64,000 nt of DNA from an uncultured delta proteobacterium (lineage in GTDB: Bacteria > Desulfobacterota > Binatia > UBA9968), in contig CAVUVW010000014.1 of assembly GCA_963745035.1 (NCBI GenBank), forward strand, positions 994,754 to 1,058,753, in the 5' to 3' direction. A program made the position numbers and the translations under genes. The notes below the pieces were generated by a model. That model was not told the origin of the DNA and did not search any database. It saw only the letters and a list, made by a program, of their open reading frames with translations. How positions within the stretch are numbered: the stretch's first letter is position 1; each line of letters begins with the position of its first letter. Below are positions 40,172-50,818 of this stretch, piece after piece.

Positions 40172-41085
40172 CGATTGAGCCTCGTCATTTTTTCGAGAAA
40201 GCCGCGCGTCGCTTCGATCTTTCCCTGGGCCTCGACCTTTTCCACGATTCCGTCCACCTGGGCAACTTCGGAATAGAGCTTGAGCGCCGATTTCACAAAC
40301 TGGTCCAAAAGCTTGGAATCATAAACTAATCCTTCCGGATCGTACTGGGAGGCATACTCTTTTGCAAGGACCATGTAGAAGTCGCCGAAGTCGATCAAGT
40401 AGCGGTGGATATTCTTGCTTTGCTCATGTTTGGTGACCAGTTGGCCGTAGCCGACGATGGTCAATTGGTTGCCGTCTTTGAGCCGGTAGCGGTTGGCCTC
40501 GACGAAGGCGACTTTGGCGCGGTCGATGCGCTCCTCTTCGACGCGCGCGAGAAATTCATATTGCGTGCCTTTATGTTTCTCGATGAGCTGATTCCATGCG
40601 GCGACTTTCTGATCGAGTCCGGCGATGTACTTGAACGGATCGTCGGCCGGCACGGCGCGGTCGAAGATGCGCAAGAAGTCGTCGAGAATCTGCGCGTTCT
40701 TGGCTGCTTCGGCGCCGAGCCGGCCGTCGGTCTCGCCGACTTTACGGTACAGCGCCGCGGCTTGATCGTACTCCCGCAAACGCTCCAATGCCGAGGCCTT
40801 ATTGAACTGGACGATGTCGCTGTACTGGCCGCGGTTCTTGGTCTCGTAGTCGTTCAGACGAACCAGCGTGGCCTTCATGATGTTGACGCCCGTCACGTCT
40901 TTGGGAATCGTAAACCGATAGGTGTCTTCTTTGGCGAGCCGCTGAAAATCTTTGACGATGTCGAGCAGATCGCCCGCCGCGGCGTAGCGCGCATCGGGAG
41001 TGCCCACTGACGAAGAGCAGCCGGCGCAGAGCGAAAAGGCCAGCGCCATGATCGCAACAATTTTGAACCTTGCCTTGGAATGCAA
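40168..41085 (-). CDS. TPR-like lipoprotein
   Basis: Lipobox CAGC; overlaps the next gene (ATGA). Confidence 0.75.
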   Translation of the reverse strand: MHSKARFKIVAIMALAFSLCAGCSSSVGTPDARYAAAGDLLDIVKDFQRLAKEDTYRFTIPKDVTGVNIMKATLVRLNDYETKNRGQYSDIVQFNKASALERLREYDQAAALYRKVGETDGRLGAEAAKNAQILDDFLRIFDRAVPADDPFKYIAGLDQKVAAWNQLIEKHKGTQYEFLARVEEERIDRAKVAFVEANRYRLKDGNQLTIVGYGQLVTKHEQSKNIHRYLIDFGDFYMVLAKEYASQYDPEGLVYDSKLLDQFVKSALKLYSEVAQVDGIVEKVEAQGKIEATRGFLEKMTRLNR

Positions 41086-41299
41086 AATCGCTTTCAGCGC
41101 CGTCGCCGCACGAGCTGGTTGCTCGTTATCGAGTCAAATCTGAATCATTTTCCGAGAATTTCCCGGCAAGTCAAGTCAACCGGAGGCAAAAACGGGGTTG
41201 ATCGCCGGAAACGAAAGCCAGATAATGAGCCGAACCGCCGGTCGATCGGACCGAGCCGGGGAACGCGACATCCAAGCCTCGTAGCGCAGAGAGAATCGA

Positions 41300-41707
41300 A
41301 TGCTCAAAATATTTATCAGCTACCGGCAGAAAGATAGCCGAGGCGACAGCCGGCAGCTCTACGGTCGCTTGGCGGAAAGCTTTGGAGCGGAGAACGTTTT
41401 CTTCGACGTGAGCAAGATCGGGCTCGGCGACGACTGGCCGGAAGTCGTGCGCAGCAAAGTGAGCTCGTGCCAAGTGCTGATCGCGGTGATCGGCGAAAGT
41501 TGGCTCGCTATGGACGACGGCCACGGCAAACGCAGGCTGGACGACGCGGAGGATCCGGTGCACATAGAAATCGCCGCCGCGCTCGGAAAAAACATCCGCG
41601 TGATTCCGGTTCTTCTGGACCGGGCCGAGATGCCGAAGGCGGCGCAGCTTCCCGCCGACATCAGAAAACTATCGCGCTGCACGGCCCACGAAGAACTGTT
41701 CCGCTAG
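41300..41707 (+). CDS. Stand-alone TIR domain protein (TIR_2)
   Basis: IFISYR..DS, VFFDV..I..G.DW, VIGESW, DPVHIEIAAAL, VIPVL. Confidence 0.88.
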   Translation: MLKIFISYRQKDSRGDSRQLYGRLAESFGAENVFFDVSKIGLGDDWPEVVRSKVSSCQVLIAVIGESWLAMDDGHGKRRLDDAEDPVHIEIAAALGKNIRVIPVLLDRAEMPKAAQLPADIRKLSRCTAHEELFR

Positions 41708-41797
41708 CCGACGCCGCGCATTCGCTTCATAAACCGCCCGGTATTCCTTATGATTTCCGCTCCGTTGAATTGATCGACAAAGCGAGAAAATGACATC

Positions 41798-42970
41798 ATG
41801 CGCAATCGTTCTTTTGGCCATTCTCTGCTCATCATGGTTCTGACTCTGGCGGCGTGCACCGCTCCCGGTGTGTTCGAGCCGTCCGATCCCACGCCTGTGC
41901 CGTCTCCAACAGGAGAGCCGCCCGCTCCGCTGCCCGAGTATCGCGGTCCGGCGACGCGGCCGTTTCTGATGGGCTTTACTCTGTGGCCCGCGGATCTCAA
42001 CGAGGAAGGCGTGGCCGTGGCGCGCGAATATGCGCACGCCCACGGCGATGTCGTCTCGGTCATGTTTATCGGCGGCATTCCCTGGCCCGAAGCGCTCGAC
42101 GGCAAACCCTTTTCCAAAGACGTTCAAGACAGCATGAGCTACCGCCCGCCGAATGGAAAAAAACTGTTCTTGTCGATCTCGCCCTTGAACCGGGATAAAC
42201 GCGGCCTGGCGCCCTATTGGGGCGAAACCGACAATCAGCCGCTGCCCCCGGCATGGAGCAAGGAAGCGCTCAACAGCCCGCGCGTGAAGCGTGCGTACCT
42301 GAATTTCATTCTGCGTGCTGTGGAGGCGATGCGGCCGGATTACCTCGCCATCGGGGTCGAATCCAACGTCATGTTGTCGCGCGATCAATCGAAATGGCAG
42401 CAGCTCAAGGAGCTCCACCGCGACACCTACACCGCGATCAAGAAAACGCACCGTTCGCTGCCGGTGTTCTTCACTACGGAAGTGCTGCACTACAAGCGGC
42501 TCACGCGCGACGCCAAGGGAACCAACCAAGAGAAAGAGGTCGCGGACCTGATGCGCTACAGCGATCTGTTCGCGATGAGCCTCTATCCGCACATGAGCGC
42601 GGAAGCGCTCCGGCCGGTGCCGGCGAGCTTTCTCGACTTCGCGACCCGCTTCAAAAAAGGTGTCGCCGTGTCGGAAAGCGGTATGACCTCGCGTCCGGTC
42701 GATTTGAGCTCCTACAACACGACTTTATACGGTTCCGACGCCGATCAGACTCAGTTCACCGAATACTTGCTCAAGACCGCGGCGCGCGACAACTACGAGT
42801 TCGTCATCAACTTCGCCACCACCGACTCCGATCGATTGGTTTCACGCCTCCGTCCGCAGGCAGCGGACCTGGCGCGAATATGGGCCTACATCGGCATGCA
42901 GACCGGAGACAAACGACCGAAGCCCGCGTCAGCGGTGTGGGACGGCTTTTTTACGGCGAAGCATGAATAG
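41798..42970 (+). CDS. Glycoside hydrolase-like TIM-barrel lipoprotein (clan A-like)
   Basis: LAAC lipobox, PDYLAIGVESN, SLYP, VSESG. Confidence 0.7.
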   Translation: MRNRSFGHSLLIMVLTLAACTAPGVFEPSDPTPVPSPTGEPPAPLPEYRGPATRPFLMGFTLWPADLNEEGVAVAREYAHAHGDVVSVMFIGGIPWPEALDGKPFSKDVQDSMSYRPPNGKKLFLSISPLNRDKRGLAPYWGETDNQPLPPAWSKEALNSPRVKRAYLNFILRAVEAMRPDYLAIGVESNVMLSRDQSKWQQLKELHRDTYTAIKKTHRSLPVFFTTEVLHYKRLTRDAKGTNQEKEVADLMRYSDLFAMSLYPHMSAEALRPVPASFLDFATRFKKGVAVSESGMTSRPVDLSSYNTTLYGSDADQTQFTEYLLKTAARDNYEFVINFATTDSDRLVSRLRPQAADLARIWAYIGMQTGDKRPKPASAVWDGFFTAKHE

Positions 42971-43148
42971 GCAAAGTGGTGGTGAGCTGGCGCCTGGCGA
43001 TCCGAAGTCCGTCATTCCCATGTATTAAGCGGAATCCAGGCGTTATTCGGCACTGGACCCGACTAAAACATTCGGGTTGACCCTACGGTGAATTTATCGC
43101 GGCAGAGCGAAGCCGTCAGTTTCGCTTGAAGACCTGGAAACAGTGACG

Positions 43149-43481
43149 CTAACCAGTCTTGATCAGCGAATAGAACAGTACCAACTCGCTGCGTGTTCCC
43201 GCCGCAAAGTCGTGCGGCGTGCCCTTCGGAATATGACAGACCATCCCCGGTTTTAGCGGAGTGCGTTTCCCGCGGATCCGCAAGCGGCCGCTGCCTTTGA
43301 CCACGTGGCAGAGCACATCTTTGTCGGCATGGTTGATTTGTTTCGGATTGGCTTTCTTGCTCGGCCGAAAAGCGATCAAGCCGGCGGTGAATTGCTTGTC
43401 TGAGAAACAATCGGCGTAGCGAATTTCCTCGTTGAGTTTCTTCAAACTCTTGAGCGCGGTGTTGATCTTGATGAGTTTCAT
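43149..43481 (-). CDS. Cupin domain protein
   Basis: INH...VVKGSG, IPKGTPH. Confidence 0.85.
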   Translation of the reverse strand: MKLIKINTALKSLKKLNEEIRYADCFSDKQFTAGLIAFRPSKKANPKQINHADKDVLCHVVKGSGRLRIRGKRTPLKPGMVCHIPKGTPHDFAAGTRSELVLFYSLIKTG

Positions 43482-43495
43482 TGCCGGCGAGGCAC

Positions 43496-43582
43496 TAGGC
43501 AACAGGCATCAGGCAATAGTCGGAAACCGGCAAGGGTTTGGCTCTATTCCGAAACTGTTGCCTGTTGCCTAATGCCTGTTGC
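43496..43582. repeat. Inverted heptamer repeat (GGCAACA / TGTTGCC)
   Basis: Same unit at 44215-44245 and 45680-45708. Confidence 0.75.
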
Positions 43583-44542
43583 CTTCTTCCTTCTCCGTCA
43601 CTGCGTCCAATATTTCTCTAATCGACTGCTCGGCCTTTTCATTGGGCACACGGCTCGAGCCGACGACTTTGTGGCCGCCGCCGCCGTAGTTTTTCAGCAG
43701 CTCGCCGACGTTGACGTTGGAGGTCGGGTTGAAGATGTTGTAGCCGACGGAGATCGCCGTGGTGTTTTCCCGCTGGGTATCGTGAGTGACTTTGACCTGA
43801 ATATTGCCTTTGGGAAATAGCGTGAAGATCAAGAAGCGGTTGCCGTCGGGAATGTTCTTCGACTCCGCGCAGATCGACGTAAATGACGTTGCCGCGCAGT
43901 TGGGCTCGTTCGAGCAGCAGCTTGCGCAGCTTTTCCTGCTCGTCGCGGATCTGCTGGCAGCGCCTTTTCACGTCGGGGTCGGCGAAGGTCTCTTCCAGAG
44001 TTTTGTCACGCAGCAGATTGATGATTTTCAACCAGTATGGCTCGTCGCCGGCATTGCGCCCGTCGGTAGTCATGGAGATCAAAACGTAGCCCTGCGGATC
44101 GAGCACGTCGTTCTTTTTCCAGTTTGCCTGCGTCGATCCGATCCGCTTCGTGCAGCAGATACTTCATCCGCTCCGTGTTCAGAAACGAAAGTATTTCTTC
44201 CGGTCGAATCTTACTGTTGCCTGTTGCCTGCTGCCTGTTGCCTACCTCCGTATAGTATTCGCAAACCACGCGCGCCGCGCTCGGCGCGAGGCGAAAACCG
44301 CCCTTGCCGAGCACGATCGGCTGAGGAAAGTTCGGCGTCGTGTTGGTGATGTGGTGATCGAACCACAACGTACAATTCGGATGATAGGGCAGGTTCGTGA
44401 TGATGTCGCCTGCGCGAATGTCGACCAGCCCGTCCTGCATGAACTTGGGCTCGACGTAGAGATAATCATCGATGGGTTCGAATTTCGTCACCAAGGCGCC
44501 GCACACAAGGCCGTCAAAATCGGCGCGCGTTACAAGTCTCAT
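43569..44542 (-). CDS. DHH-family exopolyphosphatase-like protein (frameshifts ~44115 and ~43855)
   Basis: RADFDGL, FDHH, APSAARV, GNRF, YGGGGH. Confidence 0.85.
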
Positions 44543-45657
44543 GGGCGAATCGCCTCCTCGACTGGAGTCCACGGAAGATGGAACGCGTTGGCCACGCCTT
44601 CGTGGGTCACTTTGCCGGCGTAAGTATTGACACCGCGGGCGAGCGCCTTGTTGCGCGTGAGGGCCGCGGGAATGCCGCGGTTGGCCAACTCGAGTCCGTA
44701 CGAAAGCGTGGAGTTGGTGAGGGCGTAGGTCGATGTGTTGGGCACGATGGCGGGCATGTTGGTCACGCAATAGTGCACGACATCTTCCTCCACGTAAATA
44801 GGATCGCGGTGATTGGTCGGGCGCGAAGTTTCGGCACAACCGCCTTGATCGATGGAGATGTCGACGAACGCGGCGCCGGGTTTCATTCTCTTGACCAACG
44901 CGCGCGGAATGAGCTTCGGCGCCTGGGCGCCGGGAATCAACACGGAGCCGACGACCAGATCGGCATCCACGACTTCTTCCTCCACGTTGGCGCGATTGGA
45001 CATAAGCGTGGTCACGTGGCTGCCGAGTATGTCGTGGACGTAGCGCAGCTTGGTCGGATTGATATCGAGAATGCTCACATAGGCGCCCATGCCGGCTGCG
45101 ATCTGACATGCCGCGGTCCCGGACATGCCGGCGCCGAGAATGACGACCTTGGCCGGGCGGACGCCCGAAGCGCCGCCGAGGAGAATGCCGCGCCCGCCGT
45201 TTTCCGCCTGAAGACACCACGCGCCGACCTGAATCGAGAGGCGCCCGGCGATCTCGCTCATCGGCGCCAGCAAGGGCAGTGAGCCGTCGTCGAGCTGGAT
45301 CGTCTCATAGCCGATCGCGGTGACTTTGCGTTCGAGCAGCGCGCGAGTGACCGTCTCATTGGCGGCAAGATGCAGATAGGTGAACAGGACGAGGCCTTCG
45401 CGCATGAGCGCGAACTCCGACTCCTGCGGCTCTTTGACCTTCATGATCATATCGGCCCCGCGCCACACATCTTCGGCCGAGTCGACGATGGTCGCGCCGG
45501 CGCCCTGGTAGGCACGATCTGAAAGGCCGCTACCGAGACCCGCGCCTTTCTGCATGAGCACTTTATGATTGCGCGCGATGAAGCCGGCGACGCCGGTGGG
45601 AGTGACCGCGACCCGATTCTCCTCGGTTTTGATCTCCTTGGGAACGCCGATGATCAT
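44539..45657 (-). CDS. ald: Alanine dehydrogenase
   Basis: [44 protein letters not shown]. Confidence 0.95.
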   Translation of the reverse strand: MIIGVPKEIKTEENRVAVTPTGVAGFIARNHKVLMQKGAGLGSGLSDRAYQGAGATIVDSAEDVWRGADMIMKVKEPQESEFALMREGLVLFTYLHLAANETVTRALLERKVTAIGYETIQLDDGSLPLLAPMSEIAGRLSIQVGAWCLQAENGGRGILLGGASGVRPAKVVILGAGMSGTAACQIAAGMGAYVSILDINPTKLRYVHDILGSHVTTLMSNRANVEEEVVDADLVVGSVLIPGAQAPKLIPRALVKRMKPGAAFVDISIDQGGCAETSRPTNHRDPIYVEEDVVHYCVTNMPAIVPNTSTYALTNSTLSYGLELANRGIPAALTRNKALARGVNTYAGKVTHEGVANAFHLPWTPVEEAIRP

Positions 45658-45711
45658 CGTAGAAGGCTAAAGGATGGGGAGGCAACAGGCAACAGGGGAA
45701 GGCAACAGTGA

Positions 45712-45797
45712 GTGATGGAGTATTGGAGTATTGGAGTGATGGGTTCCGGAGATTCCGGAAACGCAGTACTCCATTGCTCCACCACTCCATTACTCCA
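45712..45797. repeat. Inverted octamer repeat
   Basis: Same family as 35294-35375. Confidence 0.85.
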
Positions 45798-45804
45798 CGT
45801 CTTA

Positions 45805-46170
45805 CTATCGCGCGATCGACCAGACCAGGATCGCCCAGCCGATCAGGAAGGCGAGGCCGCCGACCGGAGTGATGGCGCCGAGCCAGCGTGCGTCGGTGAG
45901 AGTCAAAAGATAAAGACTGCCGGAGAAAACGATGATGCCGACGATGAAAGCCCAGCCGGCGGCGTTGAGGTTGGCTTCGGGCCAGCGGGTTATCGCCCAG
46001 GCGACGGCGATCAAGCCGAACGCATGGTACATCTGATAACGCACGCCGACTTCGAAGATGTTGAGCATGTCCGGGGAAAGCTTGGTGCGCAGCGAGTGCG
46101 CGCCAAAGGCGCCGAGCGCGACGGCGACAAAAGCCGCGATCGCGCCGGAAATGAAAAAGAAGCGTTCCAT
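45805..46170 (-). CDS. DUF423 membrane protein
   Basis: GAFGAH, YQMYH, FSGSLY, GAITPVGG. Confidence 0.92.
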   Translation of the reverse strand: MERFFFISGAIAAFVAVALGAFGAHSLRTKLSPDMLNIFEVGVRYQMYHAFGLIAVAWAITRWPEANLNAAGWAFIVGIIVFSGSLYLLTLTDARWLGAITPVGGLAFLIGWAILVWSIAR

Positions 46171-46229
46171 TCGATGGTGTTTTTGATGTATTCCTGCAGT
46201 TTAGGATTTCCCTCGGCCTACGATAGAAC

Positions 46230-46313
46230 TCACCGCAGAGGCGCAGAGCACGCTGAGATGAGAGTTTGTTGTTACAAATTCCGAACTCTGCGAGCTCTGC
46301 GTCTCAGCGGTGA
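46230..46313. repeat. ACCGCAGAG-type palindromic repeat
   Basis: TCACCGCAGAGGCGCAGAG ... CTCTGCGTCTCAGCGGTGA. Confidence 0.75.
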
Positions 46314-46327
46314 AAATTTCTTCCTAT

Positions 46328-47785
46328 CTATCGCTGCAGAGAAATGGCCATGTCGCCCTTTTGGATAACGATCTGCCGAAAGTCCTTGCGCTTGCTTAAC
46401 GCCTCGAGCAGATTCACCAGCGGCTGGCGGGAGGTGAGATACTCCTTGGGTGCGCCGGCGGCGCGCATGGTTTCGATCTCCTCGACGTTCAAGTTCCAGC
46501 GCAGCAAGAACTCCTCGTCGGAGACGTGCTCGGCGTTCATTTTTTTGCGCAGCTCGGCGACCGTCGAATCCGGTGGCTGCCAGGCAGCCCATTCCTTGGC
46601 GCGCGGGCGGTCGAGGATTTTCGCTTTGACTTCGGGCGCCATGAGCTCGGCGCCTTCCTTGCCCCAGTAGCCGAGAGCGTACTGAATGATCTGATCGGTG
46701 ACTTCCTTGTAGCGCTCACCGACAATCACATTGATCGCCGCCTGGCTGCCGACAAACTGCGAGAGCGGCGTGACCATGATCGGATAGCCGAGCTCGGCGC
46801 GCACGCGTTGAGTTTCTTCGAGCGCCTGGTCGATCTTGCTTTCCATGCCGACTTTGCGGAGTTGGAAGCGCAGATTTGAAATCATGCCGCCGGGCACCTG
46901 ATGCTGATACTGGGAATAGTCGTATTCCACCGGCTCGCCGATGGGGAAGCCTTCGCGTTTGGCGATGTAAGTGAAATGGTCCGACACCGGTCTCAGAATC
47001 TCTTCGTCGATCAGCGTTTTGTAGCCGAGCGCGCGGAGATTCTTCGCGACATTGAACAGTGAAGGATTGGACGAGCCGTCGGCGAGCGGCGGCAGCGCGG
47101 TGTTGACGATCTTGATGCCGAGCTTGACGGCTTCGAGGCAGCACAGCGGGCCGAGACCGGTGGTGCAGTGGGTGTGCAGCTCGATCGGAATGCCGTTGGC
47201 GTTGGCGAACATGATCGGCACCAACGTCTGCACGCGCTCGGGGGTAAGCAATCCGCCGGGATCTTTCAAGCACAGGCGATTGACGCCGAGCGATGCCGCC
47301 TGTCGCGTGCGCTCGGCGAAATATTCGTCGGTGTGCTTGGGCGAAACCGAGTAGATGATATTCGGTACCGGATTGATGCCGACGTCGTTGGCGACCTTAC
47401 ATTTCCAGGTCCAGCCTTCGAGCTCGTTCCATTCTTCCGAGATGCGCGCCTCGCGGATGCCGTTGGCGGCCATGCGCTCCATGAACAGCCGGTACATCGA
47501 GCGCGGCGTAATATCGAAGGCGCTGAAGCGCCCGGCGTTCAAGCGCAGCGGCGTGCGGGTGATGCGCTCGCTCACGAGCTTCACGCGTGCCCAGGGATCT
47601 TCCTTCAGCTCGCGCACGCACTTTTTCAAATGCGAACTGGAGATCAGCTCGATGGCGTCGAAGCCGGCGCGATCCATGGCTTCGGCGACAGGCAGCATCA
47701 TGCCCGTGGTCATGTTCTCGGCCCACAGGCTCTGATGGCCGTCGCGGATGGTGGTGTCTACGAATTTAATCCCGTCGATCGTCAT
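46328..47785 (-). CDS. Pyruvate/oxaloacetate carboxyltransferase (OadA/PycB/5S-like, no biotinyl domain), copy 1
   Basis: RDGHQSL, LKD, HTH, PGGM, MVTP.SQ. Confidence 0.88.
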   Translation of the reverse strand: MTIDGIKFVDTTIRDGHQSLWAENMTTGMMLPVAEAMDRAGFDAIELISSSHLKKCVRELKEDPWARVKLVSERITRTPLRLNAGRFSAFDITPRSMYRLFMERMAANGIREARISEEWNELEGWTWKCKVANDVGINPVPNIIYSVSPKHTDEYFAERTRQAASLGVNRLCLKDPGGLLTPERVQTLVPIMFANANGIPIELHTHCTTGLGPLCCLEAVKLGIKIVNTALPPLADGSSNPSLFNVAKNLRALGYKTLIDEEILRPVSDHFTYIAKREGFPIGEPVEYDYSQYQHQVPGGMISNLRFQLRKVGMESKIDQALEETQRVRAELGYPIMVTPLSQFVGSQAAINVIVGERYKEVTDQIIQYALGYWGKEGAELMAPEVKAKILDRPRAKEWAAWQPPDSTVAELRKKMNAEHVSDEEFLLRWNLNVEEIETMRAAGAPKEYLTSRQPLVNLLEALSKRKDFRQIVIQKGDMAISLQR

Positions 47786-47816
47786 TATTATTCAGTCTCT
47801 CCGAAACACCGATCTT

Positions 47817-47890
47817 ACCGCAGAGGCACAGAGAACGCAGAGTATAGCTATTTTACTCTTTCTCTCCGCGTCCTCTGCGTCTCCGCGGTG
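47817..47890. repeat. ACCGCAGAG-type palindromic repeat
   Basis: Same family as 46230-46313. Confidence 0.75.
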
Positions 47891-47903
47891 AATGCCTTCC
47901 GTT

Positions 47904-48761
47904 CTACAGCGTTAAGCCGAAGAATTTCACGGCGTTATCCAGCATGATCTTCTTCCGCACTTCGGGTTTCATGTTGACCTGCTGGAACTCCTCCAGCCAG
48001 CGCTCGACGCCGATGGCGGGCCAATCGGAGCCGAACATCGCCTTGTCTTGCAATAAGGTATTGATGTTGTGCACCAGCTCCGCCGGGAAGTACTTTGGCG
48101 CCCAGCCGGAAAGATCGATGAAATAATTTGCCTTGTGCCGCGCGATCGCGAGGCTTTCCGCGGTCCACGGCCAGGTAGGATGGGCGCTGATGATCTTCAG
48201 CTCGGGAAAATCGGCGGCGACTTCGTCGAGATGAATCGGCTGGCTGTATTTTAGCTTGATGCCCATGCCGCCGGGAGTGCCAGCGCCGGCGGCCGCCATG
48301 CCGCCGTGAAAGAGGATCGGCATGTTGAGCTTGGCGCATTGTTCCCAGAGCGGATAGAAGCGAATGTCGTTGGCGAAAAAATGCTGGCGCGCGGGATTCA
48401 ATTCGCCCATGCCGTGGAGGCCCAAGTCTTTGCAGCGCTTGATCTCGTCGAGCGCGAGCTTGCCGGTCCAAGGATCGATGGCGCCGAAGGCAAGAAAGAC
48501 GTCGGGATGCTTCTTCACCGCGCTGGCGACGTGGTCGTTCGGCACCGGAGTCAAGCCGGTGACGGTCTCATCGCGCGTGTTCATGATCACCGCCATCATC
48601 TTGCGCGCGCGGTACTGGTCCGCCATCTCGTCGATGGAAACCGGCGGCCGCTCGCGGCCGAAGTAGCGCGCCATCTGCGCGGTGCGATCGCCTTTCGCCT
48701 TCTGGGTAAATTCATCCGATAGATGAACATGCACGTCGATCCCGACGATATCTTTTGCCAT
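47904..48761 (-). CDS. Amidohydrolase_2 family (CouO-like beta-ketoacyl-CoA hydrolase type)
   Basis: IDVHVH, AHPTWPW, DLSGWAPKY, FGSDWP. Confidence 0.85.
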   Translation of the reverse strand: MAKDIVGIDVHVHLSDEFTQKAKGDRTAQMARYFGRERPPVSIDEMADQYRARKMMAVIMNTRDETVTGLTPVPNDHVASAVKKHPDVFLAFGAIDPWTGKLALDEIKRCKDLGLHGMGELNPARQHFFANDIRFYPLWEQCAKLNMPILFHGGMAAAGAGTPGGMGIKLKYSQPIHLDEVAADFPELKIISAHPTWPWTAESLAIARHKANYFIDLSGWAPKYFPAELVHNINTLLQDKAMFGSDWPAIGVERWLEEFQQVNMKPEVRKKIMLDNAVKFFGLTL

Positions 48762-48842
48762 GGTCCTGCCTCCTAGTGAATTTCCTTGTTTATTGCACTG
48801 CAATGAATTTAGTTCAAGGTGGCGGCGCCTCCGAACCGATCG

Positions 48843-48988
48843 GGTTCAAGCCGTTCAAAACGTTCAACCGCTGCGCTCCGTTCAAATCGTTTCGGAGGTT
48901 TCAAGCCGAACCATCCTCCCCCGCGGACGCGGGGGGAGGACCGAGGTGGGCTCCGCGAAACGATTGAACGGCTTAAACGAATTGAACT
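48843..48988. repeat. Inverted nonamer repeat with nested REP-like palindrome
   Basis: GTTCAA arms flank CCTCCCCCGCGGACGCGGGGGGAGG. Confidence 0.7.
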
Positions 48989-49003
48989 ACCTGGAGCGGC
49001 GCG

Positions 49004-50462
49004 CTACGCGCGTCGCTCCAAGGTCACGGAGAATCCCGGCGTCTGGACGTGGATCTGGCGGTTCTTGGTGCGCTTGGAGAGTTCCTGCAGCAAGATTCAC
49101 CAGCGGCTGCTCGGAATTCAGATACTCGAGCGGGCGCGGATCGGCGCGCATGGCGTCGATGTCTTCCTTGCCGACGATCCAGCGGAGCAGCAGCTCTTCG
49201 TCCGACGTGCCTTCGGCGCCGAGACGCTTGCGCATCTCGTCCGGCGTCGGTTCGTCGGGCGTCCACTTAGCCCATTCCTTGGCGCGCGGGCGATCGAGAA
49301 TCTTGTCTTTGACATCGGGCGCCATGTCGCGCGCGCCTTCGGCGCCGGCGTGGCCTAGCGCGAACTTGATCACCTGATCGGTCACTTCCTTATAGCGTTC
49401 GCCGACGATGACGTTGATCGCCGCCTGGCTGCCGACGAACTGCGACAATGGCGTGACCATGATCGGATAGCCGAATTCCTCGCGCACGCGGATCGATTCC
49501 TGGAGCGCTTCGGGGAATTTGTGCTCGAGTCCGACTTTGCGGAGCTGATGGCGCAGGTTGGAAAGCATGCCGCCGGGGACTTGATGCTGGTATTGCGAGT
49601 AGTCGTATTCCACCGGCGCGCCGATGGTGAAGCCTTCGCGCTTGGCGATGGCGGTGAAATGTCTGGACACCGGCTTCAAAACCTCTTCATCAATGTCGGT
49701 CTTGTAGCCCAAGGCGCGCGCGTTCTTCGCGACATTGAAAAGCGAGGGATTCGAAGTATCGTCCGCGAGCGGTGGCAACGCTGTGTTGATCGAGCGAATG
49801 CCCAATTCCATGCCCTTGATGCAGCAGAGCGGCCCGAGGCCGGTCGTGCAGTGGGTGTGCAATTCGACGGGAATGCCGTTGGCGTTTTTGAAAATGATCG
49901 GCACCAACGTTTCCATTCGCTCCGGAGTGAGCAGCCCGCCGGGATCTTTGAGGCACAGGCGGTAAGGCTTGAGTGACGCGGCTTGGCGCGTGCGCTCGGC
50001 GAAATATTCGTCGCTGTGCTTGGGCGAGACGGAGTAGATCAAGTTCAAGATCGACGCCAAGCCGGCGCGATGGCATTCGCCGACGCGAAATTTCCAGCCT
50101 TCGTAGTCGTTCCATTCGTCCGAAATCCGCGCCTCGCGGATGCCGTTGGCGGCCATGCGCTCGACGAAGAGGCGGTACATGGACGGCGGGTTGTATTCGA
50201 AGGTGTTCACCCGGCCGGCGATAAGTCGCAGCGGCGTCTTCGTGATGGCTTTCGATATCAGGCGAACGCGCTCCCAAGGATCTTCCTTCAGCTCGCGCAC
50301 GCATTTCTTGAGATGAGAGCCGGAAATCAGCTCGATCCCTTCGAATCCCGCGTCATCCAAGTTCTTCGCAATCGGCAGCATCATGCCCGTAGTCATATTC
50401 TCCGCCCACAAACTCTGATGTCCATCGCGGATCGTGGTGTCGACAAAACGAATGGTGTCCAT
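49004..50462 (-). CDS. Carboxyltransferase copy 2 (frameshift ~49092)
   Basis: Close paralog of 46328-47785; corrected C-terminus LQELSKR...FSVTLERRA. Confidence 0.88.
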
Positions 50463-50606
50463 CAAGTTTTCTCCAATCGAGAGAATCATATGAGGTGACG
50501 ACGGCAAATTCAAATCTATTGGCCGCGGTCATGAAGATTGTTGCGGGAAGGCCGAGCGCGCGCGACGAGACTATGGGTTTGAATGGTATGTAAAGATGAA
50601 AAGTGG

Positions 50607-50698
50607 TTGTAACGCCAGGTTCACCGCGCCGGCGCGGCATACAGGCCAGCGGCTGAAGAACTCGTGTGCGCCGGCTCCGGTGCAACCGCTAGTTCGGC
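50607..50698 (-). other. Integron attC site (92 bp)
   Basis: R'' GCCGAAC, L'' GGTTGCACC versus L' GGTGAACC (one extra base), R' GTTACAA; imperfect palindrome. Confidence 0.8.
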
Positions 50699-50818
50699 GG
50701 CCTGGGTCCGCTTCGTCCCGTCAATCTCGCCTCCGCCATACCCTACCTACCCCGCCACGCCAAGATGATTAGACATCCCGCTTTCGTTGCTGGTCCGCGG
50801 TTACGCAGCGGTGACCTG

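Noticed and set aside
44006-45220. 404-aa ORF
   Set aside because: An out-of-frame overlap with ald joined to the true DHH gene start at 44542.
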